A stretch of DNA of 63,861 nt, counting the filler, from Octopus bimaculoides (taxonomy: Eukaryota), in assembly GCF_001194135.2 (NCBI RefSeq). It is 6 parts of 6 records of this genome, joined end to end, with 100 filler letters (N's around TTAATTAATTAA, not from the genome) between each part and the next. Parts side by side here need not be neighbours in the genome. Positions count along the whole stretch, not along the records: positions 23,899 to 47,122 come from NC_068983.1; 5 more parts are not named here. The stretch is one strand, 5' to 3'. The notes below the pieces were generated by a model. That model had not been told where the DNA came from. It saw only the letters and a program-made list of their open reading frames with translations, and searched no databases. This document shows, piece after piece, positions 25,482 through 37,605 of this stretch (within the stretch, counting starts at the first letter, position 1; every line of letters starts with the position of its first letter). The translations under genes were made by a program, and so were the position numbers.

Positions 25482-26319
25482 CATACATACACACGCTAAT
25501 ACATGACCTATGTTATATTCCCCACTCATGTTGCTACAACGACAGGGGCAAAACTAGTCGGTATACAACACTTACTCGATATTACCTGTATCTTTAGGGT
25601 TTGGTTGACTCCAATACCCTTCATAACCTTTATATATATAAATGTATATATAGAGTGGCAAACTGGGCCTAAAAATAGGCTTGGAAGGAAAAAGAGAGTA
25701 AAGCAACAAACAGAATGGGAGTGAGTGACAGTCAGAGGCAGTAGAGCATGCGAACAGCATTCAAAGATTTTGCCCCAAAAGATGCTGACACTTTACCCAA
25801 AATAAAACTGTAAATTTTTATCATAAATTGTATTTGCTTTATCAGTTTCACACACACACACACACACACTTCCATTTTATTCTTTCAGTTTTCCATGCTT
25901 GCCCTTTCCAAGTAAAGGATAAGATATTTTAGTGTTCATTGATCTAAAAAATTTAAACAAACATGTGTGCACACACACATTCCCACATGCTTATGCACAG
26001 ATGTATAATATATGTATGCACATCCATAGCTGTATATGAATAATATCTGTACATATATACATACATACATATATGTATATATATATATGTCTTGCAAACA
26101 ACTCGCACATGCAAGTGCTACCAGCCGAGAACTCTGCATACCGGAAGCCAGCAAGTGTATGGGGTCATCAGCAGCATATATATAGAGAGAAAGAGAAAGA
26201 GAGAGAGAGAGAGAGAAAGTGGGAAGAGGGGGAGAGAGAAAGTGGAGGAGATAAAGATGTGTCTGTATATATATAAATGTGTATGTATGTATCTATCTAT
26301 CTGTCTACATATATACTTT

Positions 26320-26498
26320 ATTAAAAAGCAGCAAAAATATCACAAAAACTGTTACTCAGAGTTTCATGTTCCCGTTTGTTGGACAGTTTTGTTTAGAATG
26401 GAACAAAAATAAGGTTACAAGCAAAAATATACAATTAGTTTGATAGATATACATTCGAAAATGGTTTTGTTTCATTGGTTCTTTCAGCTAATGATCTT
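26320..26498 (-). repeat. Third partial copy of the 27-kb foldback family
   Basis: Matches 27545-27720 (aaaagcagc...ttactcaga...agctaatgatctt); cut by a gap. Confidence 0.9.
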
Positions 26499-26924
26499 NN
26501 NNNNNNNNNNNNNNNNNNNNNNNNNNNNNNNNNNNNNNNNNNNNNNNNNNNNNNNNNNNNNNNNNNNNNNNNNNNNNNNNNNNNNNNNNNNNNNNNNNNN
26601 NNNNNNNNNNNNNNNNNNNNNNNNNNNNNNNNNNNNNNNNNNNNNNNNNNNNNNNNNNNNNNNNNNNNNNNNNNNNNNNNNNNNNNNNNNNNNNNNNNNN
26701 NNNNNNNNNNNNNNNNNNNNNNNNNNNNNNNNNNNNNNNNNNNNNNNNNNNNNNNNNNNNNNNNNNNNNNNNNNNNNNNNNNNNNNNNNNNNNNNNNNNN
26801 NNNNNCCCCCCCCCCCACATCTACTATTTTCTGATTTTTTTCCTTCTCTTTCTTTCGCCTGTAACAACTAACTTGTAAAAGCTTACACCAAGAGATTTTG
26901 GTGATGTGCGTGTATGTAGGTGCA

Positions 26925-28100
26925 TACATATATATGCATTTGTGTATATATTTATGTCTTGCTTATATATGTCTGTATATGTATGTAGCCTTGTACCTGC
27001 ATCAGTATGTTTAGTGTATATATGTATAGTATAGATGGTTTGGTATGTGTATATACTGCTACATGTATATGTTATCTAGCATGAAATTTTTTTTTTTTAA
27101 CAGATATGTCTTTTAATTTATTAATTGATCAATATTTTACAGCTAATTATTTACCCTGGGTATTCAGGCTTTGTCCTTCTTTATAAACTATATTTGATTT
27201 CAGGTTTGCTTTGATTTTTATAAAAATATGATTTTACACCACAGTTTGTTATTGCATGCAACCGTTTATTGAAAAGACCGTTAGGTGAAAAAACCAATGA
27301 CAGAAAACCATTCTCCAATGTGTATCTATCAAACTAATTGTATGTTATTGCATTTAACCTTATTTTTGTTCCATTCTAAACAAAACTATCTGATGAACGG
27401 GAATGTGAAACTCTGAGTAACGGTTTTTGTGATATTTTTGCTGCTTTTTAATAAAGCATATTACTCTACCTCTGGTATTCAAGTACAATTTTTCCACCTT
27501 GTCTCACATTTATGTGCTTACTCTGGTATATATATATATGCTTTATTTAAAAGCAGCAGAAATATCACAAAAACAATTACTCAGAACTTCCTGCTCCTTT
27601 TCGTCGGAGTTTTGTTTAGAATGGAACAATATAAGGTTATATGCATAAATATACAATTAGTTTGATAGATACACATTTGAAAATGATTTTGTTTCATTGG
27701 TTCTTTCAGCTAATGATCTTTTCAATGACTGGTTTTCATGAAATTACAATTCCATTTTAAAATCTTATAAAAACTGAAGAAAACCTTAACTCAAAAATAG
27801 CTTATGCAGAAGGAAAAAGACCTGAATACCCAGGGTGAATAATTAGTGGTAAAAAATAATAATAAATTTAAATAAATTAAAAGATATATCAATTTAAAAA
27901 AACTTTCACCCTAAAATACATATACATTTAGCAATACATACACATAAAAATAATCTATATATACGTATATACACTAACCATACAGGCATTGGTACATGAC
28001 TACATACATATACAAACAAATATAGGCAAAATGTATATATATATATTCTTCATGGTGGCATAAATGTATATATGCATGCATAAATATATACATATAAATA
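26925..28100. repeat. Large diverged foldback (clear arms about 27090-27460 and 27537-27900, looser extension beyond)
   Basis: Reverse-complement blocks such as ccctgggtattcagg, tgtgtatctatcaaactaattgta and ttgttccattctaaacaaaact. Confidence 0.85.
27382..27427 (+). ncRNA. Candidate type I hammerhead ribozyme (stem III ACTCTGAGT)
   Basis: aaaactat-CTGATGA-acgggaatgt-GAA-ACTCTGAGT-A-acggtttt. Confidence 0.7.
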
Positions 28101-28111
28101 TGTAGAATTAG

Positions 28112-29990
28112 CCACAGAGCATTTCGATTAACAATATAAGATGCCTTGCTTAAATCAACCAAGCAATGGTATAAGGCAAGATTCTGTTTGATGCACTTTT
28201 CCTGAAATTGTTTGATAGTAAAGATAGTATCAACTGAGCCCCAGGAGGAGCAAAAACTCTATTGAGACTCAGACACGATATCTGGAATTATGAAGGTATT
28301 TAAACGTTCTAACAGAATGCGGGCAAGTACCTTTCCAACTACAGACAAAAGCAAAATCCCACAAAAATTACCATACCAATCCTTTGGTCCCATTTTATAC
28401 AAAGAGAGACTAAAATGGCATCAATCCAGTCTTGAGGCACTTCCTCAGTTCTCCAACAGTGACAAATTAATATATATAAGAGTTCAAACATTTTGTCACA
28501 CCCATATTTCTTTCAACACCTCTTCACAAATTTCATCATCAACAGATGATGGTCTATTCAAAAGTGCAGAAAAATGTTCAACCCAGCACTTATGAATAGA
28601 AGCAGTGTCATTCAAAACCAAATGTCCATTTGCTGGTCTCACTGGTGATTTTGGACCTTAACATAAGAGTACAAACCCTTGGCATCATTTCTATCAGCTA
28701 CTTCTTGCACCCCTTTTGCTCTGTCATTCCACCAATCCTGTTTATTTTCCTTAGGCCAGTCTGTACTCTCCCTTTCAGCTTTCTGTAAGCTTCATTTGAG
28801 TTGGGAGTTCAAGAACTGAAAAAGAAGTGTATTGCCTAAGTTTTGTTTTTATAAAAGTAAGTCATGGATTTCTGGCGATTTGTCTGAAAACCAGTCATTG
28901 GACTTACACCATTTAACTCCCACTGAAGAGCTTGCAACCTGAAATACTTTTGTTTTGAAATTTTCCCATAGATTGTTTGGATCAAGGTTGATACTTTCTA
29001 TGGTGTAACATTTAACTTTTTGGGTACATTAGGACCAAACTGTCGACTTTAAGGCATTATCAAAAAATTAATTTTTCCATGCACTAGACGATGGTCAGTC
29101 CAGCTCTTTGCTCCTCTCATGGCCTGAACACTAGAAAAATCTTTCATATCACTTTCTGATCAAAATATAATCCTTAGATCTTGGGTGCATCCAGGTGGTT
29201 CTATATTTATTTTTTTTTTTGCTTGAACAGAGTATTGGTAATAACCAGATTATTCTCAGTACAAAACATCAAAAGAGCTACTCCATTTCTATTACATTTT
29301 CCAATCCCATGTCGGCATAAAACAGGCCATGAAACGTAGTCATTTCCAACGCTTGCGTTGGAATCTCCCAATATGACCAGCTTGTCAGAAATTGGTACTT
29401 TGATCAATAATTGTACTAGATCATCATGAAACTATCCTATAGTTTCATAAGAATGTGACATTGTTGGTGCATAAATATTGACAATGATAAGAAGCCTACC
29501 TTTTGTCGGTTTTTATACAGCATGACATGGTTTCTTCAGATATACCACTTGGAAATTCTGCAATGGAGGATACTGATTTCTTGAGAGCAAACCCAACACC
29601 AGATTCTCAATGCTGACTCTCAGGTAGGCCTCTCCAGAAGATTGTATATCCATAAGTAGGTTCATTTTGTTGACCCTCACCAGAATGATGAGTTTCAGAG
29701 AGCACAACTATATCAAGGGAATATTTCTGAAGCTCACGCGGAATAAGTGCATCTTATTGAAATTATTATCTAGAAGTATGAACACATTCCAACAGCCAAA
29801 ATTCAGAGGATATTTATTTTTTCTTCTTCTTGAAGATTGTTTGACCGCAGTGGTAGGATGATGACTGGGCTCTACCTGTGACACACTGGGATACGTGCCA
29901 AGCCAGACCTGTTCTCCTGACATTCCCAAGCCTGTTTTGCCATTTACTGAATCTTTTTGAGACATTTCAGAGGAAGTTGCTAGTGTATTT
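28112..29990 (-). mobile_element. RTE-clade LINE: APE to RT N-terminus, same family as 6070-6824
   Basis: FGCWNV, DKLVILGDSNASVG...GIGKCNRNG..LL.FCTENNLVITNTLF (APE). 28112-28310 aligns with 6624-6824. Confidence 0.9.
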
Positions 29991-30280
29991 TTAAGTTTCA
30001 ATGATTCAATGATTTTACTAAGATTTGGTGTACAAGACGTTCCGGTGCAGATGAATAATTTTCAGTGGTTGTAGCTTACACCGCACTACCACCACTTATT
30101 GGGCCCAAGATTATTTTCACTGGAATGACATGAGAATTAATAAAACCAGGAACTTCCAAAGCCTCAGGTTTTATTTTGGAGATTTCCTTCTCCTAGGTAT
30201 ATTACCAACCAAAGTTAAAGAGCTTCATCCTACCCATGAGGTAGGCTATCCTGTGCTAGACACCAAACTGACACCCAAAT

Positions 30281-30386
30281 TCGAGGTTAATTAAAAATAA
30301 AAATATGAATGAAAAAATTATTATGAATGAAAGATTAAGCTTAATATAATTTTTTCATTCATATTTTTATTTCTAATTAACCTTGA
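30281..30386. repeat. Short AT-rich inverted repeat (about 40-bp arms)
   Basis: tcgaggttaattaaaataaaaatatgaatgaaaaaatt ... aattttttcattcatatttttatttctaattaaccttga. Confidence 0.8.
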
Positions 30387-31038
30387 GTTTTGACTTTTAC
30401 ATCTTAGTTTCAGTTTGAACTATAATAACATTTTGATTAGTATATTTTTTACTTTGTTTACAATTTTATATTATTATTTGGAATAAATAAAAATTCTTGT
30501 ATTTTTTTTATTATTCAATTGATTTTTAATGAAAATTTTAATCGATACCTCATTTAACACTAAATTATTTTGAAATTAGAGTACCATTTTAACCTAATAT
30601 AAGACTTCGATTTGATTAGGGTTGAAATATTTTCGATTAATACTGTTTTATGCGATAAATACCTAGTCTTTTTATGTTAATTTCCTATACCATACGGAAT
30701 ATTTTAACTAGACGTCTTATAAATAAATGTTTTTAATCATAAATAGCCTAGCTTAAACTATTGCATCGTTTAAATATGTGCTAATAATATCTTTATTATT
30801 TTAACCTTAAACTTCGTTCAAATTGTATTTTAAACGAAAACATTTGTTTAGTTGGTTTTTATATATAATATACCTGTTAGATTATTTTATAATGGATGTA
30901 GGATTGATTATGGAATGTTTATTATTTTGATATTTTAATAATATTTTTCTATCTTTATATAATAAGTATTTTATATACATTCATTTGTTATTTATTGTTG
31001 GTTGATATATACATTCATTTATTATTATTGTTGTATTT

Positions 31039-31140
31039 TGACCTGAAGATTATTATTTTTGAATAGAATTGATTTTCGATAGTTTTAATCCATTTAAATT
31101 TCTTTCTATTTGAAAATTGGTTATGAAACACGTGTAGTCA
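31039..31140 (+). ncRNA. Candidate type I hammerhead in an AT-rich PLE-like pseudo-LTR (stem III ACACGTGT)
   Basis: tgac-CTGAAGA-[decayed stem II]-GAA-ACACGTGT-A-gtca. Confidence 0.65.
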
Positions 31141-31543
31141 TTTTATTATCTTGATCTTATGATATTACTTTGTATTTTATTATACTTATTTATTGTGCTT
31201 TTGATTATAAATTTTTTTCTATATGTGACAGTGGATTTTCATTGATGAGTTCATAAACCTTGGTTATNNNNNNNNNNNNNNNNNNNNNNNNNNNNNNNNN
31301 NNNNNNNNNNNNNNNNNNNNNNNNNNNNNNNNNNNNNNNNNNNNNNNNNNNNNNNNNNNNNNNNNNNNNNNNNNNNNNNNNNNNNNNNNNNNNNNNNNNN
31401 NNNNNNNNNNNNNNNNNNNNNNNNNNNNNNNNNNNNNNNNNNNNNNNNNNNNNNNNNNNNNNNNNNNNNNNNNNNNNNNNNNNNNNNNNNNNNNNNNNNN
31501 NNNNNNNNNNNNNNNNNNNNNNNNNNNNNNNNNNNNNNNNNNN

Positions 31544-31575
<32 letters not shown>

Positions 31576-31889
31576 CATATATACATATACTTGGCTTTAT
31601 ATAACCGCTGTGAAATATAATTAAGATTTAGTTGAATTAGGTCAATCTAATTTGCACACCTCAGCAATAGCAGGTGAATATCAAACTCTGTGCAGTAATG
31701 CTTGCACTTGATATTCTTGCAATGTATGCAGATAACATGACCCAACTTAGTGATGAGATCAACACTTGGTTGTTCAGACAGGTAATTTATATAAAAATAC
31801 AAAAATGCTTTCTATAAAATTTCCGAAATGCAGATTCCAGTGTAGGTGAATAAAATATAAATGAGTAACAAAGATGTACAGGTATCAAT

Positions 31890-31973
31890 TCATTACAACC
31901 GTTTCAAGCAACTCCTTTAACCGATTAATGAAAAACATTACATCATTGCAAAGAAACCGTTTTCATTAGATGA
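31890..31973 (-). ncRNA. Decayed type I hammerhead (G5A; stem III ACGGTTGT)
   Basis: Minus strand: tcat-CTAATGA-aaac...gctt-GAA-ACGGTTGT-A-atga. Confidence 0.5.
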
Positions 31974-34534
31974 CGGCATATATTTCAAAAGCAAAAGACA
32001 AACCAACTGCATGGACATATTCGTATCTGTTTCATATTCAAATTACCAAGATCTGACCTCTCACACCTACCCTACAATGTCATGCTAAAATAGACAATAA
32101 CACGATAGAAATCTCAAAGCTATGAGATAATCTATGATTAATTCAAAACAATGTGGATAAGTAAGCATTACAGTTGACATATTAATCCGAATGCTAAAGG
32201 GTTAAAACAATGATAACAATGATGCCATTCTTACATATATCTGAACAGAAATACTATATTATAAAATTAACATACTATGCTAGTTTTTCCGTACTAAGAA
32301 TAAATGAATTCTGAACTCAATATTGTTATAAATGTCGTCATGTAGAACATTAAAAACATTTTAAAGGCATTTATTGTTTTACATTTTGGTAACCTACTTG
32401 TATGCTTAATCACCAGAGCATGTATCATTACATTATCATTTTCTAAAAGAAGTGATGGTGTAAAAGTATCTCGAAATTGTAAAGCGTTGAACTTTGGTTG
32501 CTATGTGATGTTAGTGATAAACATCTCATTAAATTATAATATATTGCTTCTGAAAATTGGCCACTTAATTGACATTTATCATTAATATTACAAGAATTAT
32601 AAATATTTCTCTCAATATATCTAGAGGCAATGATCGGTTTTTGTGTGAATATTATTGTTGCATCTGCTGCTTCACATATCAGAAATACTTTCAAACACCA
32701 AATTATAGCTGAAATAACGTTTTCTAGAGAAGTAAGGCATTCTACTTATATAAGTGCCACCTTCCTTATTTTCATTTTAATTAATGCATTTACTTGTTGT
32801 ATGTCCATTTTCCAGTTATCATAATTTTAGAGTTTCACTGTGGAAAATATAATCCATTTTCTCAGGGAAATTCTAATAGTGACAGACTTACTGCAGTTTT
32901 TACCTTTACATTCTACAATGGCTTCCAGCAACTTTTCTTGTGTGTCAAAAAGGTAGTGTGCATCATTATGTTACTTAAAAAAAGACTTTTAACTGTTCTC
33001 TGAAACAATTACTCTGAAATAATTTACCTTAATGTTCTTGTAGCAGATTCAAAACCAAATCGCTGAAATAGCTGAGTAAATGTTGCAGTTAGTCATGATA
33101 TCTTTACCTGATTGGCCAATTAACTGCCCAATCAACATTGAGCCATCATGCAATTCAGCCTTCTAATAAGGTTTATGAATAGGCTAATTTTTGATGTTAA
33201 ACTTCAGAGTGTGGAGACTATCACAGTGGCAACTACATTCTCATTCTCGTTCACCAGCAAAAACTCTTCAGTATGTCAAACAGTTGTTTTGATAATTAAA
33301 TACTCTTATTTTCATCCTCCAGCTTTTTCAGATCGAATCAACAGATTTGCTATCATAGATTTAACATGATATTTCTCCAGTTGTGACAGCATAGCCACAG
33401 ATTTACATGGACCAGTTATTTTGTCATAAACTACAGAGTTTGTCTCTCCTAATGTGTATAAATTGTTGTTTGTTTTCTTCATTCAAAGACCAACATGGAA
33501 AATTCTATGTGCTGTAAATAAAACTTCTGTTCGGTGTTCATGAGTGGTGTTCAGTATTTATACACAGCCAGTAACCCAGCACAACTATCATAGAAGAACC
33601 AGCTATCTATGACATTCTCAAAGAGACATTTATGAAATATTAGTTTTGTTTTGTAGAATGGGATGCTTTTAAGTAGAGTATTGGGGCAGCAATCTATTGT
33701 GTCTAAAGCTGTTCCTATTCAATGTTATTAATCCATATATAATGTCTGAAGCAGAATATATGTACGTACTACTGATAATATCCTTGCTATTTAAAATTAA
33801 GAATTATTTGTAAAATAATGCTCATTATTTATTATGAAAGCTTTAACACACAGTTTTGCTTTCATCTACATTCAAGTATCTAAAGCATTCAGAATTCACA
33901 ATTTTTCATGTTATTTCCCCTCTAGTTACTCTCCTTTTATATCACATATCTGGAGTCATTTATCTTCTATCTCGCTTCTCTTTCTGCTTCATTATATTGA
34001 TAACTTTCTATACTAGTCAAGCCTAAAAGGCATGTCATTACATTCCTTTACAATATTAAGGGTGATAATCCTGGGTTTTCTCTGAGAAGATTGTAGACAA
34101 GCATGGTCTTCCCACTTGCTCTGTAGTATAGGTTTGTTTTTTAATTGTCTACTTCATAATAGATTTTGGTTTTTAACTAGGCCTAATAATACAAAAATAA
34201 AGTTCATGGGAATCACCGTCTTGAAATATCCCAGTTGATGTTTTGGCAAGATCAGAGATTACAAATTGTGCAAACTATTTATTGTTACTTTAAAGAAGTT
34301 CAGAATTATGATAAGCCAATCATGTATGGGTTGAATCGAAATGTTTTTCATTACCAATTGCATGAATAAAGAGAGGTTTATGAAAATTGAGAAAACAAAC
34401 CTGATTGGCACCAGTTTTTGTGTTTTGAAAATGTTCCTTATCTTGAAAAACATTTCCAAGAGGTAAAATGGTAAAGACCCCTTCGATGAATGACCATAGG
34501 ATTGTACCTAGAAAGTTCCCTTCTGAAGCACAAC

Positions 34535-34803
34535 TCCAGGCAAGGTTATTTATGGAAGACCAGCACTCACCCATGCATACCACCTTCACTGCTCCATAAC
34601 ACTGATATTATCCAAGGGAAAGGCAAAGGCCAATACAAATTAGCACCAGTGAAGTCGCAACTTATTTCTACAGCTGAGTGAACTGGAGTAATGTGAAATA
34701 AAGTGTCTTGCTCAAGAACACAGCATGTAGATCCAGTTCAAGAACTGAACTCACTACCTCATGATTGTGAGCCTGATGCTCTAACTATTGAGCCATGCAC
34801 CTT
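34535..34803 (-). mobile_element. SINE family D
   Basis: Reverse complement begins ggtgcatggctcaatagttagagcatcagg... and continues tgtgttcttgagcaagacactttatttcacattactccagttcactcagctg. Confidence 0.75.
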
Positions 34804-36459
34804 CACAAAATATATTAGCTGATCTGCTGTGGCCAGGATTCGAACTTGAGCATTTAGACAGATCATACATAGACCAATTTTTTATTTAAACATTTTTATT
34901 GTTCCCCTAGTTAAAATTCACCAATGTAATCAATTCTTTATTTGTTTGAGATATTGGACTGCAGCTATGTTGGAGCCATGAAGGGGTGGTCTCATGTCGG
35001 AATCAAAAGGGTTAAAATCTGAAGAAGAATGGCTTTTTGTGGCACATTTTATTATTTCTTTTGTCCAGCTGTTCTCCTACATAATTAACATCTTTTCAAA
35101 ATAAGATTCGTGTCTTTTTGTTTTAATGATAGAGTTTTGATGTAACTTTCCAACTTAATCTTCCTAACTTTTTTTGCATATAAAGTATGAAGATTGCAGA
35201 TATTCCAGTCATCAATATTATTACTATTATCATTACCCACATTATCAGTGACAGAATTCTAAATAGAATAATCATCACTGTCAGCTTTAAAATGCACAGC
35301 ACAGTATAGCCAGCTGCCAACTAAGCCACACTTAGAAGCAAGCATAGCTTAGTAGCATACATCATGCTTCCACTATTTGTTTTTGATATCCAAGCTGTTA
35401 CAAGTAGACATGCTCTCAGTGCCTCTCACTCTTGATACAATAAAAGATCCAGGATGTGATAGCTGGAGGGAGGCAAAGCTGCACTAGCACCTTGGTTGGT
35501 ACTAATTTCAGCTCAGTATGGAATCAAATTCTTTACTCAAGGACACAATATGCTCCTTGATCCAGGAATTAAACCCATTTCCTTATGAGCATGAGCCAAA
35601 CATCCTAAGCATGCAGCCAGCCACAAGTTTTCTTGAACATCTTGATTAACTTAAAATATCCAGGTGTAGATAATCCTGAAAATGGGGAACATTAAAAGTG
35701 TAAATTAATTTTAAAGTTCTTCAGAGCAATTTGATTAAATCATAGTCAGGATAATAGATATTGATACATCCCCAGGATAAAGCTAAAGAGTTAATGTAAT
35801 AAACTGTAAAAATTTTCACAAACAAGTTAAGCACATTAGACAAGAAAACAAGTATGTTAACTATTGTATTTAGCAGGTTAGTAAATTAGATTATTATTAT
35901 TATGAGATTACTGATATAGGAATATATAAATAAATATAGAATAAAATAGTTGCATACAATGTTGCATAATTCTGTTACATAAATGCATAAAAAAAGGTAA
36001 AAACCAAGGAAATAAAGTTATCAGTTTTTTTTATAAGACTGATATATACCAGTAAGAGGGTTGGAATGGAGAAGGCGTAAGCAAATAGGGTAGGAAGGTT
36101 TGGAGAGCACAACTAGAAATCAATTGAAAAACAAAATAAAGGGAAAAAAAGACCAACACTTTTAAATTTCTCCATATGAGCAGTTTAATAATTCGATCAT
36201 CCATTTTTTTGTGTGTGTGTAGGAGGGAGGAAAACATTAAAATAATTTAGTTTTATTTTTTCTCATAAAAGTATTTTAAGTAAATGACTCAAGATGTTAT
36301 ATTAGTAATACATTTAACATTTTCTAGAAGTTACACATTTATGTACAAGTCTGGCCCTGTGTGTTTGTGTGTTTTCAGCAAGGTGTAATGGAATATTAGA
36401 CAATATAACCTATTCCATTACTCCACACTGAAGATGTACAACATGCAGAAAAAATTTCT

Positions 36460-36609
36460 GAGTGGCTGTGTTGTAAGAAGTTTGCTTCCTAACCACGTAG
36501 TTCTGGGTTCAGTCCCACTGTATGGCACCTTGTGCAAATGTCTTCTACTATAGTCTTGGGCCAACCAAAGCCTTGTGAGTAGATTCAGTACACAGAAACT
36601 AAAAAGCCA

Positions 36610-36646
<37 letters not shown>

Positions 36647-36845
36647 TTGTGTGTGTATCTAATCACTGCTTGATGAACAGTGTTGGTGATTCTGCATCCC
36701 CATAACTTAGCAGTTTGGCAAAAGAGACTGATAGAATAAGTACCCAGCTTAAAAAAATAAGTTCTGAGGTAAATGTTTGTGACTAAAGTTTTTCAAGGTA
36801 GTGCCCCAGCATGGTCACAGTCTAAATGACTGAAACAAGTAAAAG
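36460..36845 (+). mobile_element. SINE family A, near full length
   Basis: Colinear with 45986-46427, including the internal (TG)n and the gactgaaacaagtaaaaga tail. Confidence 0.88.
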
Positions 36846-37084
36846 ATAGAGGACAAATGACAAGCATGGAATGAATGGGAAATATTAAATATTGAATACC
36901 TTGAATCATTTACTTATAATGACACTTTTGAAAAAATGTAAAATACACAAATTAATTTTAATATCTTTTCTCACTACATGAAAAAATGATCTCATAATTG
37001 ATTGTTTTATATTGTTAAAAAAATATTTCAATTTCTACAGCGAAGGGTTTTCATTTGCATGATGTTAGCCAGGTGTGATATATT

Positions 37085-37377
37085 TACAGTTCATTTTTAC
37101 ATTATTTACATTTCATGGATATTTGTCCTCATCTTGTTTGTTGTTAACACCTTTTGGCTGATATACCCTCCAGCCTTCATCAGGTGTCTTGGGGAAACTT
37201 TGAACCTGGGTTCTTATTCCTAAGGTATTTTCGATGTTATTATTATCATTATTATTATTATTATTCAGGTCACTGCCTGGAATCGAACTTGGAATCTTGG
37301 GGTTAGTAGCCCATGCTCTTAACCACTATGCCATATGCCCACGGGTATATGGCATAATAATAATAATACCAATAGTA

Positions 37378-37423
<46 letters not shown>

Positions 37424-37605
37424 CAACAACATCGAAGAATACCTTAGGAATGAGAACCCAGGTTCGAAATTTCCCCAAAACACCTGAAGAAGGCTGGAGG
37501 GTATATCAGCTGAAACGTTGTGTTAACAACAAGCAAGATGAGGACAAATAAACGTCGAATGTAAATAATGTACATAATTCCTCATCTCTTAAATATAGAA
37601 CTGTA
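37085..37605. mobile_element. Family E head-to-head inverted dimer
   Basis: Minus copy (tail 37085-37240, head 37263-37340), 14-bp palindromic junction, and plus copy with the head deleted (AAT run, tail 37425-37605). Confidence 0.88.
37479..37524 (+). ncRNA. Minimal type I hammerhead ribozyme, core intact (GUU cleavage site after 37519)
   Basis: aacac-CTGAAGA-a-ggctg[gagggtatat]cagct-GAA-ACGT-T-gtgtt: 5-bp stem I, 5-bp stem II, palindromic stem III. Confidence 0.85.

Noticed and set aside
32440-33530. Possible Helitron helicase or host exon ending in cag|gtaaag
   Set aside because: All frames are interrupted and similarity to helicase motifs is too weak.
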